NCBI GenBank assembly: GCA_963666425.2
Contig: OY762825.2
Coordinates: 1,408,001-1,472,000, forward strand
Origin: Bacillota bacterium
GTDB lineage: Bacteria; Bacillota; JAAYKD01
Length of the DNA stretch: 64,000 nt
Direction: 5' to 3'
In this document: positions 20,841 through 29,994 of the stretch, in pieces
How the letters are laid out: each line of letters begins with the position of its first letter
Numbering within the stretch: the stretch's first letter is position 1
Position numbers and translations under genes: made by a program
Notes under the pieces: model-generated
The model's database searches: none
What the model saw: only the letters and a program-made list of their open reading frames with translations
Told to the model about the DNA's origin: nothing

Positions 20841-22736
20841 TTATTTTAATTTTGCAACATCTTTTCTGGTGTGATCGCCGCTTTCCGGCCATTCGTTATA
20901 TAAAGCGTCGACATGCTGCGCCAGCTGCTGCTTTTTTGCCAGCAATTCATTCATTTTTGAGAAATCCGCCCTCGTTAAATCCGCTTCGATAGCCGCGTCG
21001 ATTTTACCAAGCTCCGCTTCCGCCTCAAGAATTTGCTGCTCGATGCTAATCTCCTTTGCTTTTGAGGATGTTGCTTTCTCTCTGTTTTTTATTGTGGGCT
21101 GAGGGCTGCTTTTCTTTGGTGCTGTTTCTGCAGCCTTGTCTTGACGAACAGCTACAAGATAAGCCTCAAAGCCGCAGTCATACGGGGTGATCGTGCCATT
21201 TTCCATATTCCAGACTTTCTCCGTGAATTTGTTGAGAAAATATCTGTCATGGGAAACAAAAAGCATTGTCCCCTCAAAATCGGCGAGCGCAGTTTCGATC
21301 CATTCCCTGGAAGCGATATCCAGATGATTGGTTGGCTCATCCAACAGCAGAAAATTGATATTTTTCTGCATCATCAAACAAAGTTTTAATCTGCTTTTTT
21401 CTCCGCCGGAAAGAACACTGACTTTTTTGACGACATCGGCCGCGGAAAAATGAAACTTTGCCAGTATGCTGCGGGAATTTTCCTCAGACCGGTTGGTCTC
21501 GGAGCGAAAAAGCTCCAAAATTGTAGCATTGTCATCCTCAAAGCGGATGATTTGCGGCAGATAACCGATTTTAACATTGCTGCTGATGCTGATTTCACCG
21601 CTGTCAAGCGCTTCTTCCCCCATCAGCATTTTTAAGAGCGTGGACTTACCGCAGCCATTGGCTCCCACAAAGGCGATTCGCTCATTGCGGAGGATTTTCA
21701 AATTCAGATTATGCAGAAGAACTTTCTCACCGTAACGCTTGCCTACCAAAGCAAACGACACGATTTCTTTTGACGCATAACCGCCGCTGTCAAACCCTGC
21801 CGCCAGCTTTCTTGCCGTGACAGGCTTTGCGACCTTATCCATTTGTTCAATCCGTTTTTCCATGGCCAGGGCGCGCTTCGCCAGGCTGGAGTTATTCTTA
21901 TTGATATCTGCCCAAATGCGCTGCCTTTTTACCGCTTCCTCCAGCTGGCTGATTTTATGTTGTTGTTGTTTATATTGTTCTGCCTGGGTCAGGTAACGTT
22001 GCTGACGCTCTTCCAGATAATACGAATAATTTCCCGCATAGAAGTTTGCCTTGCCATCCTCAATTTCGATGATTCGCGTCACCACACGGTCGAGAAAGAC
22101 CCGGTCATGCGATACGACAACCACCGTGCCGGGGAAGTTATGCAGAAAGTCTTCCAGCCATTGCAGGGAAGCCAAATCGAGATGATTGGTTGGCTCATCC
22201 AGCAGGAGAATATCGCACTCGCGCAGCAGAATACGCGCCAGGTTCACTCTTGACTTCTCACCGCCGCTTAATTGCTCGAAAAGGCTCTGGCGCACCTTTG
22301 AATCGATTTGCATACCGGCACAGATTTTATCGATCCTGACCTCGGTTTCATAGCCGCCGAGCTGTTCGTAGCGCTCCATCAGCCGCCCATAACGAGCGAG
22401 GATGGCAGGGGTGGCATCCCCCTCGATTGCTTTCATCGCTTGAAAAACTTCGGTGATTTCCGCAAACGACGAGCGCAAAATATCCTCCGCTGTCTCGTTT
22501 GCACCAAAGACAGGAATTTGTGCCAGCATTTCGATCTTTTTACCCGTTGCTTTGGCGATGCTTCCGCTCTCAAAGGGTTCTTCACCGGTGATTGTTTTAA
22601 ACAGCGTTGTTTTACCCGAACCGTTTTTACCCAACAGTCCGACTTTCTCACCGCTGTAAACTTCAAACGAAATGCCCTTCAGCACTTGATTTGCACCGTA
22701 ATATTTATTCAACTCATTCATTGCAATCTCAATCAT
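20841..22736 (-). CDS. ABC-F family ribosomal-protection-like ATPase
   Basis: Two ABC domains (GKNGSGKT/LSGGEK/LLLDEPTNHLD and GANGCGKS/LSGGEK/LLDEPTNHLD), interdomain linker, no TM segments; ATG 22736 after AAGGAG. Confidence 0.92.
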   Translation of the reverse strand: MIEIAMNELNKYYGANQVLKGISFEVYSGEKVGLLGKNGSGKTTLFKTITGEEPFESGSIAKATGKKIEMLAQIPVFGANETAEDILRSSFAEITEVFQAMKAIEGDATPAILARYGRLMERYEQLGGYETEVRIDKICAGMQIDSKVRQSLFEQLSGGEKSRVNLARILLRECDILLLDEPTNHLDLASLQWLEDFLHNFPGTVVVVSHDRVFLDRVVTRIIEIEDGKANFYAGNYSYYLEERQQRYLTQAEQYKQQQHKISQLEEAVKRQRIWADINKNNSSLAKRALAMEKRIEQMDKVAKPVTARKLAAGFDSGGYASKEIVSFALVGKRYGEKVLLHNLNLKILRNERIAFVGANGCGKSTLLKMLMGEEALDSGEISISSNVKIGYLPQIIRFEDDNATILELFRSETNRSEENSRSILAKFHFSAADVVKKVSVLSGGEKSRLKLCLMMQKNINFLLLDEPTNHLDIASREWIETALADFEGTMLFVSHDRYFLNKFTEKVWNMENGTITPYDCGFEAYLVAVRQDKAAETAPKKSSPQPTIKNREKATSSKAKEISIEQQILEAEAELGKIDAAIEADLTRADFSKMNELLAKKQQLAQHVDALYNEWPESGDHTRKDVAKLK

Positions 22737-22763
22737 GATTAAAACTCCTTTATCGTTGGACAT

Positions 22764-22800
22764 AAAAATACCCTGAGCAGACCGCTTTGACTGCACAGGG
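22764..22800 (-). promoter_or_regulatory. Attenuator terminator in the ABC-F leader
   Basis: Minus strand CCCTG-T-GCAG...CTGC-T-CAGGG followed by TATTTTT, about 28 nt upstream of the ABC-F start. Confidence 0.7.
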
Positions 22801-22824
22801 CCGACCAAACATAAAGAAGCGAAT

Positions 22825-23046
22825 TTAGGCCGCTATCTTATGTGGTGACAGGCATTCAAAACAATCTTTACCTTCAAAAAAGGCAGACTTCTCCCCTCTA
22901 ATGGCAAAACCCATTGCAAGGCGATGGTTTGCTCTTGCCAAAAGGGCATAGTGATCCCATCTGCCGATTGTTTTGAATGAATATCTACGCACGATGTCAC
23001 TGCCCGGAAAAAGCTCCTTCGCACGTAAAAATCTAGATTGCTTCAT
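22825..23046 (-). CDS. Putative leader peptide (uORF) of the ABC-F gene
   Basis: GGGTGGTG RBS then MKQSRFLRAKELF...RANHRLAMGFAIRGEKSAFF; lies between the promoter and the attenuator. Confidence 0.55.
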   Translation of the reverse strand: MKQSRFLRAKELFPGSDIVRRYSFKTIGRWDHYALLARANHRLAMGFAIRGEKSAFFEGKDCFECLSPHKIAA

Positions 23047-23081
23047 GCTGATCACCACCCTTCAATTCCATAATAAATAAT

Positions 23082-23110
23082 AGTATACCCTCTTTTTCCG
23101 AACGAGTCAA
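23082..23110 (-). promoter_or_regulatory. Sigma-A promoter for uORF/ABC-F
   Basis: TTGACT-17 bp-TATACT on the minus strand. Confidence 0.75.
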
Positions 23111-23280
23111 GAATATAAAAATTATAGGGAACGACTTCAGTGCGTCACCTTTATGAGAGCGGGCGCACAACGAACCGTTCGGGGATGACATTTTCGCACT
23201 CAATGCTTCCCTTTTTCTCAGCAATTTTTAAGGTATTGGTGTCAAAACTCAATAGGACTTTACAGGATTCTTCTGGTTAT

Positions 23281-24555
23281 TCAATCCTTCAAGCATCCAA
23301 TCGGAACTACATACACCCCATCTGCGCGACGAAATGCAAAATCGCCTGTCCCAGTCAGTATCATCAAGAAGGAAGGTTCTTTCATTTTTTTCGTATCGAT
23401 CAACCTTTGAATTTTTTTTAATGTCGTCACTCCATACTCAATAGCGCTGTCTCCTCCCAGTTTGATCTCAACCAACCCATAGGACCCGTTTCTTAAATGC
23501 ACAACGGCATCGCATTCCAAACCATTCTTGTCACGGTAATGGTAAACAGATCCATCCAATGCATCCGCAAATACACGTAAATCTCGAATACACAAATTTT
23601 CAAACAGCAAGCCGAATGTATTCAAATCATTAATCAAATCGTTCTGTCCCAACCCCAGTGCTGCAGCGCCAATTGACGGATCGGTAAAATACCTGGTATC
23701 GGCTGTCCTGATTGCTGTTTTTGAGCGAAGATTCGGATTCCACGCAGGCATGTCCTCCACTACAAAAATCTTCTTTAAGGCATTCTGATAGGAATATGCT
23801 GTTGCATTAGAAAACTCAGTGCCCTCATTTGCGGCCATGTCTTCACAAATTCCTGTAATAGGCGTTTGTGTACCGAGATAGCGAGAAGAGGAGCGTATAA
23901 AACGCTTGACCCGTTCTGGGTTTTTGACAACACCATCCGCTCTGTTAATATCAGAACGAACAACTGCTTCATAATAGTCTATTGCCTGGGATAGCGCAAT
24001 ATCCTCTTCCATTTCACATGCTCTCGGCCAGCCACCCCGACAAGTTAGAAATGCGATGTCTTGTAGCGTCAACTTGTTTCTACCAATTATTTCATCAGGT
24101 GCTTGAAACAATTCTCTTAGGCTGACTTCTCCCGTAGATTCACCGGATTCATAAAGGCTCATAGGCCGCATCAAAAGCCAGGAGAATCTTCCAGTTCCGG
24201 TGTGATGAATTAAATCTGTATCAACCGGTGTAGCAGAACCTGTTAATATGAATTGCCCCATCTCATCACGGTGGTCGACCGTAAATCTGATTGCATCCCA
24301 CAGTTTAGGAGCAAGCTGCCATTCGTCAATCAATCTAGGAGAATTGCCTTCCAGCAAAAGTGCCGGATTGATATCGGCTAATTGCAGGTTTTGTTTTTCG
24401 GTTTTCGGATCATCCATATACAGGATACTTTTCGCCACCTGCTCTGCCGTTGTTGTTTTCCCACACCATTTAGGACCTTCTATCAGTACGGCCCCTTTCT
24501 CTCTTAATTTTTTATACAGAATCCGGTCAACAATTCTGGCTTTGTATTGTTTCAT
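23281..24555 (-). CDS. AAA_14 ATPase with DUF4143 domain
   Basis: GPKWCGKTT, LIDEWQ, ILTGS, GGWP, FTDPS, FENL, YHYRDKNGLECDAV...VEIK (PD-(D/E)xK-like C-terminus); GGAGG RBS before MKQYKAR. Confidence 0.9.
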   Translation of the reverse strand: MKQYKARIVDRILYKKLREKGAVLIEGPKWCGKTTTAEQVAKSILYMDDPKTEKQNLQLADINPALLLEGNSPRLIDEWQLAPKLWDAIRFTVDHRDEMGQFILTGSATPVDTDLIHHTGTGRFSWLLMRPMSLYESGESTGEVSLRELFQAPDEIIGRNKLTLQDIAFLTCRGGWPRACEMEEDIALSQAIDYYEAVVRSDINRADGVVKNPERVKRFIRSSSRYLGTQTPITGICEDMAANEGTEFSNATAYSYQNALKKIFVVEDMPAWNPNLRSKTAIRTADTRYFTDPSIGAAALGLGQNDLINDLNTFGLLFENLCIRDLRVFADALDGSVYHYRDKNGLECDAVVHLRNGSYGLVEIKLGGDSAIEYGVTTLKKIQRLIDTKKMKEPSFLMILTGTGDFAFRRADGVYVVPIGCLKD

Positions 24556-24589
24556 TGCAACCTCCGAATAATTATGTGATGATGCAACT

Positions 24590-24618
24590 ATTATACACTC
24601 TATGGGAAAAAGAATCAA
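24590..24618 (-). promoter_or_regulatory. Sigma-A promoter of the AAA-DUF4143 gene
   Basis: TTGATT-17 bp-TATAAT on the minus strand. Confidence 0.7.
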
Positions 24619-24628
24619 CGACATTTAG

Positions 24629-24707
24629 ATAGTTGGCGCATATTTACTTTGATAGTTGGCGATTAATCACTTGTATAGTTGGCGCATATTTACTTTGATA
24701 GTTGGCG
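24629..24707. repeat. Four direct repeats with exact 23-bp period (core ATAGTTGGCG)
   Basis: Core at 24629, 24652, 24675 and 24698; units 1 and 3 are identical (ATAGTTGGCGCATATTTACTTTG). Confidence 0.92.
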
Positions 24708-24870
24708 TACAGCTTTTATGGTGAGCGAGCAACAGACATACAGACTACATCATAGAAAGCAAAAAACGGAAACGGGATTGTCAATACAATGACGATCTCT
24801 TTTTTTTTATTCATTTTACTTATAGCTTACCGTAGGCAAATGATCCGGCAGCGAACCTACCATAAATGTG

Positions 24871-26343
24871 TTAACGCACACTCACTACTGGTTTTATCAC
24901 GAATCCCCTAATAATTTTTGTAATGAGAGCATTTGGTTGTTGGTCCTCATCACCGCAGAGGATATCAAAGACCCGTTCTAAGACTTTCTTTTGTTCAACA
25001 GTAATGTTTGTTTGCAGATTCAATGCCTTGTATTTTGTCCTTGACTGCTGTGCACCAATGAGTATGTCAAGAGCCGCCACCAGTTCCGTGTGGTTTACTT
25101 GCTCCGTTTCAGCTTTATTCATCAATGTTACCTCAGGCATAACAACAGCGATTGTAGATTCGATATCAGGCTTAGTTTCGTTTTGAGCGAACTCAATGAT
25201 CCTCTGCGCCTTTTTATCTGAACTTCTTTGATTGGAGGTTTTCCTTATTTCGGAAGTTATATCGTCCGCCCAAGTCCGCAGTTCAATAATCATCGCTGAG
25301 TAGGCCGCATTTTTCTCCATCTCGTCCCGTCGTGCATTGGGTATCAACTTGTCAGATAGAATGTGAAGTTCACCAAGCAGCCACCCGTTAAACCGCTCAT
25401 CTTTGAACACGTGATTCAAAGTGGTTCTGTCCCCAATAAGAATATTGCCTTTTCTCACACGAAGTCCTTTGATTGCCTCGTCTTGCAAGGTGCCATAAAA
25501 ACTCGTTCTCGCATACCAAAGGTAAGCTACAGTTTCACCTTCATAGCTGAAAACCTTTGTTTCAACTTCAGAGATGTTATCTTCGAGTTTTCTGAGACGG
25601 TCTGAAATTACGGTGTCATGATATGCTTTCAAAATAGGGGCGCTTGTATTGCCATCGCCCACAAAAATATTATAACTTGATGGGTTGAAGCCATAAACTT
25701 TCAATTTTGATTTGATAATCTTACCCCAACCAAAATCTCTATCGAAATCAACCGGTGCAACTTGCTCAAGGTATTCCCGAACTTTGTCCACATCCAATAT
25801 GTCGTCAGTGCCTCCGACCCCTGTCATTATGACACTGAAGTAGTGTTTTGTCCGTGCCTCTTGTTCGACTTTGATCGTCACCACGTCTGAGATAAGCGAG
25901 ATCAGGTCAATATCAATATTTTCGTTGAGCATTCGCTCGCAAAGGGTTTGGGCATCAAATTCAATAACCGTCCGCTTGTCTTCGCCGACAGCGGAGGTCT
26001 CGAAAATCAATGTGTTGCAATATGCCAATCCTGCCAAGCGCCCAATTCCTCGAAAGCCTCGCGCATTTGTAAATCTTTTTGGAGAACGGCCAATATCCAA
26101 CAGATACTTGACAGCGTAATCAACACCTATACCAGTGCCGTTATCGGATATCCGTATAGACCGTCCCTCTTTGTCAATCTTGAGGTTGATTCGAGTCTCG
26201 GCCGCTTTTATCAGATTTGAAGACACGGCAATGTCAATAGAATCGACAGCGTTCTGAATGTATTCGCGGTATATGTCTTTCGGACTCTCATACATTCCCG
26301 ATGTTAGGGTTTCGAGTGTGAATTTTCCTATCGTGATTTCCAC
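24871..26343 (-). CDS. GHKL (HATPase_c_3) MORC-like ATPase, copy 2
   Basis: REYIQNAVDS (N-box), DNGTGI (G1), GFRGIGRLAGL (G2), LIPNARRD; GTG start at 26343 after AAGGAGG, 1 bp after the upstream stop. Confidence 0.85.
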   Translation of the reverse strand: MEITIGKFTLETLTSGMYESPKDIYREYIQNAVDSIDIAVSSNLIKAAETRINLKIDKEGRSIRISDNGTGIGVDYAVKYLLDIGRSPKRFTNARGFRGIGRLAGLAYCNTLIFETSAVGEDKRTVIEFDAQTLCERMLNENIDIDLISLISDVVTIKVEQEARTKHYFSVIMTGVGGTDDILDVDKVREYLEQVAPVDFDRDFGWGKIIKSKLKVYGFNPSSYNIFVGDGNTSAPILKAYHDTVISDRLRKLEDNISEVETKVFSYEGETVAYLWYARTSFYGTLQDEAIKGLRVRKGNILIGDRTTLNHVFKDERFNGWLLGELHILSDKLIPNARRDEMEKNAAYSAMIIELRTWADDITSEIRKTSNQRSSDKKAQRIIEFAQNETKPDIESTIAVVMPEVTLMNKAETEQVNHTELVAALDILIGAQQSRTKYKALNLQTNITVEQKKVLERVFDILCGDEDQQPNALITKIIRGFVIKPVVSVR

Positions 26344-26344
26344 T

Positions 26345-28357
26345 TTATTTGACCTCCTTACGGTAAATTTTCTGCAGCAGGACAATAATTTCTTCGATTT
26401 TATCGAGTATAACCTCACCTGCAATTTCATCTGCGTTTTGCTCTCGCAAGGCTTCCCTCAGTTGCTTTGACTTATGGTATAGGCGATCTTCAATTTTCTT
26501 TTCATCGCATTCAAGGCCTAACCTGAGTATATTCTTCAACTCTGTATCTGAGATTGCGTTAGCTGTTCGATATCGCAAGGCAATATCCAAACTGCGGGTG
26601 TCCAGAACTACCTTTTTCAAATCTTTTTGAGCCTTATACAAAGCATCGAAGACATTCGTGGTAAAGTATGGCTCCTCTATAAAGGCACGAATAACATCGG
26701 TGATAAAAACCGTTCCTTGGAGTGTAAGCATTCCCTTGAGGCAAGAAAACCGAGTATGCTCCGAGCGAATTACATACCTTAGAAGTTCAATATATAACAT
26801 AGGTAACTCAACTTTAACGTATATGAGCATCTCGATACCCAACGTCTCAATGTTTCGCAGAATACTAAGATACGAAAGGTTGTGAATGAACATCTTACGG
26901 AGCGTCGAAGTATTTGCCCGTTCGTAGTTATCCATTGAGAAGGAATTATCTTTAATGAGTTCCAAATAGTTTATGTAATCGTCACCCAGAGAACGGTAAA
27001 GTCTTATCCACTCGTCAATTCGGCCATGATTGACCTCCCAATGGGCGTAGCGTTTCTTTCTGTCTTCATTAGATTCGTTGATGCGCTCCACAAAGTGTCC
27101 GCGAAGGCCCAGAAGGTCTTCCGGCATAGCTAGATTTTCAATGAATTCTTCGGCAGTTGTGCCAAAATCTGCTTCAAAGAACGAGCGGGTGGATACGCCT
27201 TTTCCTTGCGTTGGAATCAGCATCCGCTGCACGGCACGGAGGTATTTTTTATTCCAGTGCGTACCGACAAAAGATCTATCTGTAGCGTTAAGCGGTATAT
27301 ATTTCATCGGGAAAGAGAATATATGCACCTTCCCGCTGCTTCCATATTTAGCGTTTAGTTCGTCGCAGAAATCCATTGAAATTTTCATGCGGTTAAATAA
27401 ATCCTGCGGTGTATCAGCATGGTAATACTGACCCTTGCCCGTAAAATCTTCCCCATTATAAAGGATATAGTTCGATAAATACTTTATACCGTTCTTGGCA
27501 CAGAGTTCCAATGCTCTTTTATACTGCTTCTCGTCTTCAATATGATCAAACGCTATCCGGGCAGGGCTAATCGCCAACTCACCGAGCCGCTGTGCTTTAT
27601 GCTCGTTCAACAGTTTGGCATCCAACCCTTGGTTAAAGTCAATGTAACGTTGAAGAGGTTTCCCAGTGTGCGTGCTTGGATAGGTACAACCTTTTCCGAA
27701 GCCTAATTCTTTCAGTTCGTCAACAATGCGGTCGAACTGATTTGAGCGTAGTACATTATTGTCCATCAAAAGCAAATTGCGTTTTGCACCGAAAAGACTA
27801 TCCACCTCAGCGATTTGCTCGCGAATTGAGATATATGGCACATACTCAGGCTCAAGGGTCTGCACGGCACAGAACTGGCACTTCATTCCGCAACCGCGTG
27901 TCATATAAAGAAAATAAGCATCAGTTGCCGGGTACTTATAATCGACATCGTCAAGAATGTCATAGTCTGGAGTCAGGCGGTCGATGCAACTTTCATCGCG
28001 CAAGCCAAAGGTACCATTGCGATTTAATAAACCCTTAATAAGGTTAATCTTCGGAAAAGTCTCCATAAACAGTTCAGGCATAAGGGTGGCCATAATACCG
28101 CCAACGAAAACCATATGCCTATCCTTAACGACAGCAAAAGCATATTCAATGCTCTTTTTGGTTTCTTTCCATTCAAAGGTAAACAGCGTCGAAACATAGA
28201 CCCTGTCCCATCTTTTTTCTGCCAGTTCATCTGGTAGTTTTCCTTTAGCGAATACTACACAGTCACCTAATCGTTTGTGGAAAGTTGATATCTTCATTAA
28301 CCCCAAAGGCGGATATTTATTTGCGTAATTTGGCTCTATCAGTAGAATGTCCTCCAT
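26345..28357 (-). CDS. Radical SAM protein with N-terminal B12-binding-like domain and helical C-terminal extension
   Basis: TRGCGMKCQFC (CxxxCxxC); N-terminal LLIEP..YPPLGLMKISTFHK..GD, STLFTF, VGGIMATL; LMDNN, DFNQGLDA, RIAFD. Confidence 0.85.
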   Translation of the reverse strand: MEDILLIEPNYANKYPPLGLMKISTFHKRLGDCVVFAKGKLPDELAEKRWDRVYVSTLFTFEWKETKKSIEYAFAVVKDRHMVFVGGIMATLMPELFMETFPKINLIKGLLNRNGTFGLRDESCIDRLTPDYDILDDVDYKYPATDAYFLYMTRGCGMKCQFCAVQTLEPEYVPYISIREQIAEVDSLFGAKRNLLLMDNNVLRSNQFDRIVDELKELGFGKGCTYPSTHTGKPLQRYIDFNQGLDAKLLNEHKAQRLGELAISPARIAFDHIEDEKQYKRALELCAKNGIKYLSNYILYNGEDFTGKGQYYHADTPQDLFNRMKISMDFCDELNAKYGSSGKVHIFSFPMKYIPLNATDRSFVGTHWNKKYLRAVQRMLIPTQGKGVSTRSFFEADFGTTAEEFIENLAMPEDLLGLRGHFVERINESNEDRKKRYAHWEVNHGRIDEWIRLYRSLGDDYINYLELIKDNSFSMDNYERANTSTLRKMFIHNLSYLSILRNIETLGIEMLIYVKVELPMLYIELLRYVIRSEHTRFSCLKGMLTLQGTVFITDVIRAFIEEPYFTTNVFDALYKAQKDLKKVVLDTRSLDIALRYRTANAISDTELKNILRLGLECDEKKIEDRLYHKSKQLREALREQNADEIAGEVILDKIEEIIVLLQKIYRKEVK

Positions 28358-28360
28358 TCA

Positions 28361-29992
28361 TCAAGCCCTCCCACTTTCTTCGAAATCCAATTCATACAAG
28401 TAGAATCGCGCTCTCGTTTGCGCCGTGTAGAGGGTGGCACGGACACTTACGGTTTTCGGCTCGTTCTTGTATGTATGGTTAATATAAATCACGACATCCG
28501 ATTCAAGCCCTTTGAAACTCTGTATAGTCCTATAAGCTATTGATTCTGCGTCGGGCAAAATACGCTCATCACTGAGATTGTGACCGCTGACAAAGGCAGT
28601 TTCACTCAGGATAGAGTTTTCCTTCTTTCGATTGCTCAGAATAACTATCTTCTGTGCAGCGACACCTTCTCTATTAACCAACTTGTTAATAACAGAATCA
28701 ATGAATGCTACGGCTTGCGCTTTCCGTGTGAACTTTCGACAATCAGGTTCAACGCCCTCAATCTGATTAGCGATAGTGTCCAGATCTAAATTCGTCTGCT
28801 CTTGGGTATACCGAAGTATGTTCGCAGTGTTCCTGATGTTATAGCGAAGCACAAACGACGGCACATCGATAAAAAATTTTTCCCCAAAATTTCGCTTGAA
28901 AATGTTTTGGTTTTCATCGTAAAACACATAGAGCGAGCCACCGTCTTTCACCATCAAATTGGCGCAAAAAGCCCAATCCTCGGTAAAGTCCTGCCCCTCG
29001 TCAACAACTACCAAGTCATATCTTTGAAGGTTCGGCAAACCGCCTATGAGGCTACTATATTCCTTGTTGCCGTTTCGCTCAGGTGCAGTTGCGGCTTTAT
29101 CCCTGAGAAGCGAATACGCGTATGAATCAATGTTGTGGCAGTCGATATGGGGGTAATTAATAATTGATGCCACGGTATCGGCTAATGCTTTGTTGTAGCA
29201 AAGATATAAAGCATTACCTCCGCCTTGCACACAGCGGATAATTTTTTTGATTCCAATCCACGTCTTGCCCGTCCCAGCACCGCCGACAACAAACGCTTTG
29301 GGATAGTGCGTTAACAAGTCGATGACCGTGTCCTGTGTCCTGTTAATTTCGAGTAGTTCACGTTCTTTCTCCTGAATCAGTGCACCCGCTGAAATAGATA
29401 GGGCAATGCGCTTGTTAACCACGCTTATAAACTTCTTTTGGGCATCCGGGGACAGAAATGATGTCCCACCACGTCGCTGATTTCGAAAGAAACGGAAAAT
29501 CTCAGTCACTCGTTTTTGAAGGCTGTTCATCGCCGAAAGGTCAATGGTGGTTTCCATTGGCGATCCGACAGTAATCGGCGAGTTGATTGTGTAGTTGGGA
29601 TACGCCACCGCACATCCATATATGCCTGAAAATTGTGTCTCAATCTCGTCCTCATAGTATTTCTTAAAGAAACGCATACTCTGCTCAGCTTGGTCATATG
29701 GGGAACGCTTGAGCTTGCGTTCGCCATCGTGGTCGATCATATACCATACATTGTCCTCAACCCGCATTCCTGTGCCGCCTTTAACTTCAACGCAAAGGAA
29801 CCCATAGTCAGGGTTGAAAAGCAGGAAGTCACATTCACTATCCTCTCTGATGCCGTTGTTTGTAGAGTACCATCTGACTGAATAGAAAACATGATACTTA
29901 TCTGATAACTGCTCCTTGCAGGCATTGAAAAATTTCATCTCTGAGTAGGCGTGGTAGGCTTCGGGTATTTGAACGGGGTGCATAATAGCCAT
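28361..29992 (-). CDS. NERD nuclease fused to SF1 (UvrD-like) helicase
   Basis: SE...ECDFLLF...LCVEVKG (NERD catalytic residues); GGAGTGKT, VDEGQD, YDENQ, NIRNT, FKGLE, YTAQTRA. Confidence 0.85.
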   Translation of the reverse strand: MAIMHPVQIPEAYHAYSEMKFFNACKEQLSDKYHVFYSVRWYSTNNGIREDSECDFLLFNPDYGFLCVEVKGGTGMRVEDNVWYMIDHDGERKLKRSPYDQAEQSMRFFKKYYEDEIETQFSGIYGCAVAYPNYTINSPITVGSPMETTIDLSAMNSLQKRVTEIFRFFRNQRRGGTSFLSPDAQKKFISVVNKRIALSISAGALIQEKERELLEINRTQDTVIDLLTHYPKAFVVGGAGTGKTWIGIKKIIRCVQGGGNALYLCYNKALADTVASIINYPHIDCHNIDSYAYSLLRDKAATAPERNGNKEYSSLIGGLPNLQRYDLVVVDEGQDFTEDWAFCANLMVKDGGSLYVFYDENQNIFKRNFGEKFFIDVPSFVLRYNIRNTANILRYTQEQTNLDLDTIANQIEGVEPDCRKFTRKAQAVAFIDSVINKLVNREGVAAQKIVILSNRKKENSILSETAFVSGHNLSDERILPDAESIAYRTIQSFKGLESDVVIYINHTYKNEPKTVSVRATLYTAQTRARFYLYELDFEESGRA

Positions 29993-29994
29993 AA

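Noticed and set aside
24629-24707. 23-bp repeats as a mini-CRISPR array
   Set aside because: The core is only 10 bp, the 13-bp intervals are repeated rather than unique spacers, and there are no cas genes.
26345-28357. Prokaryotic viperin
   Set aside because: The protein is much longer and has an N-terminal B12-binding-like domain, unlike viperins.
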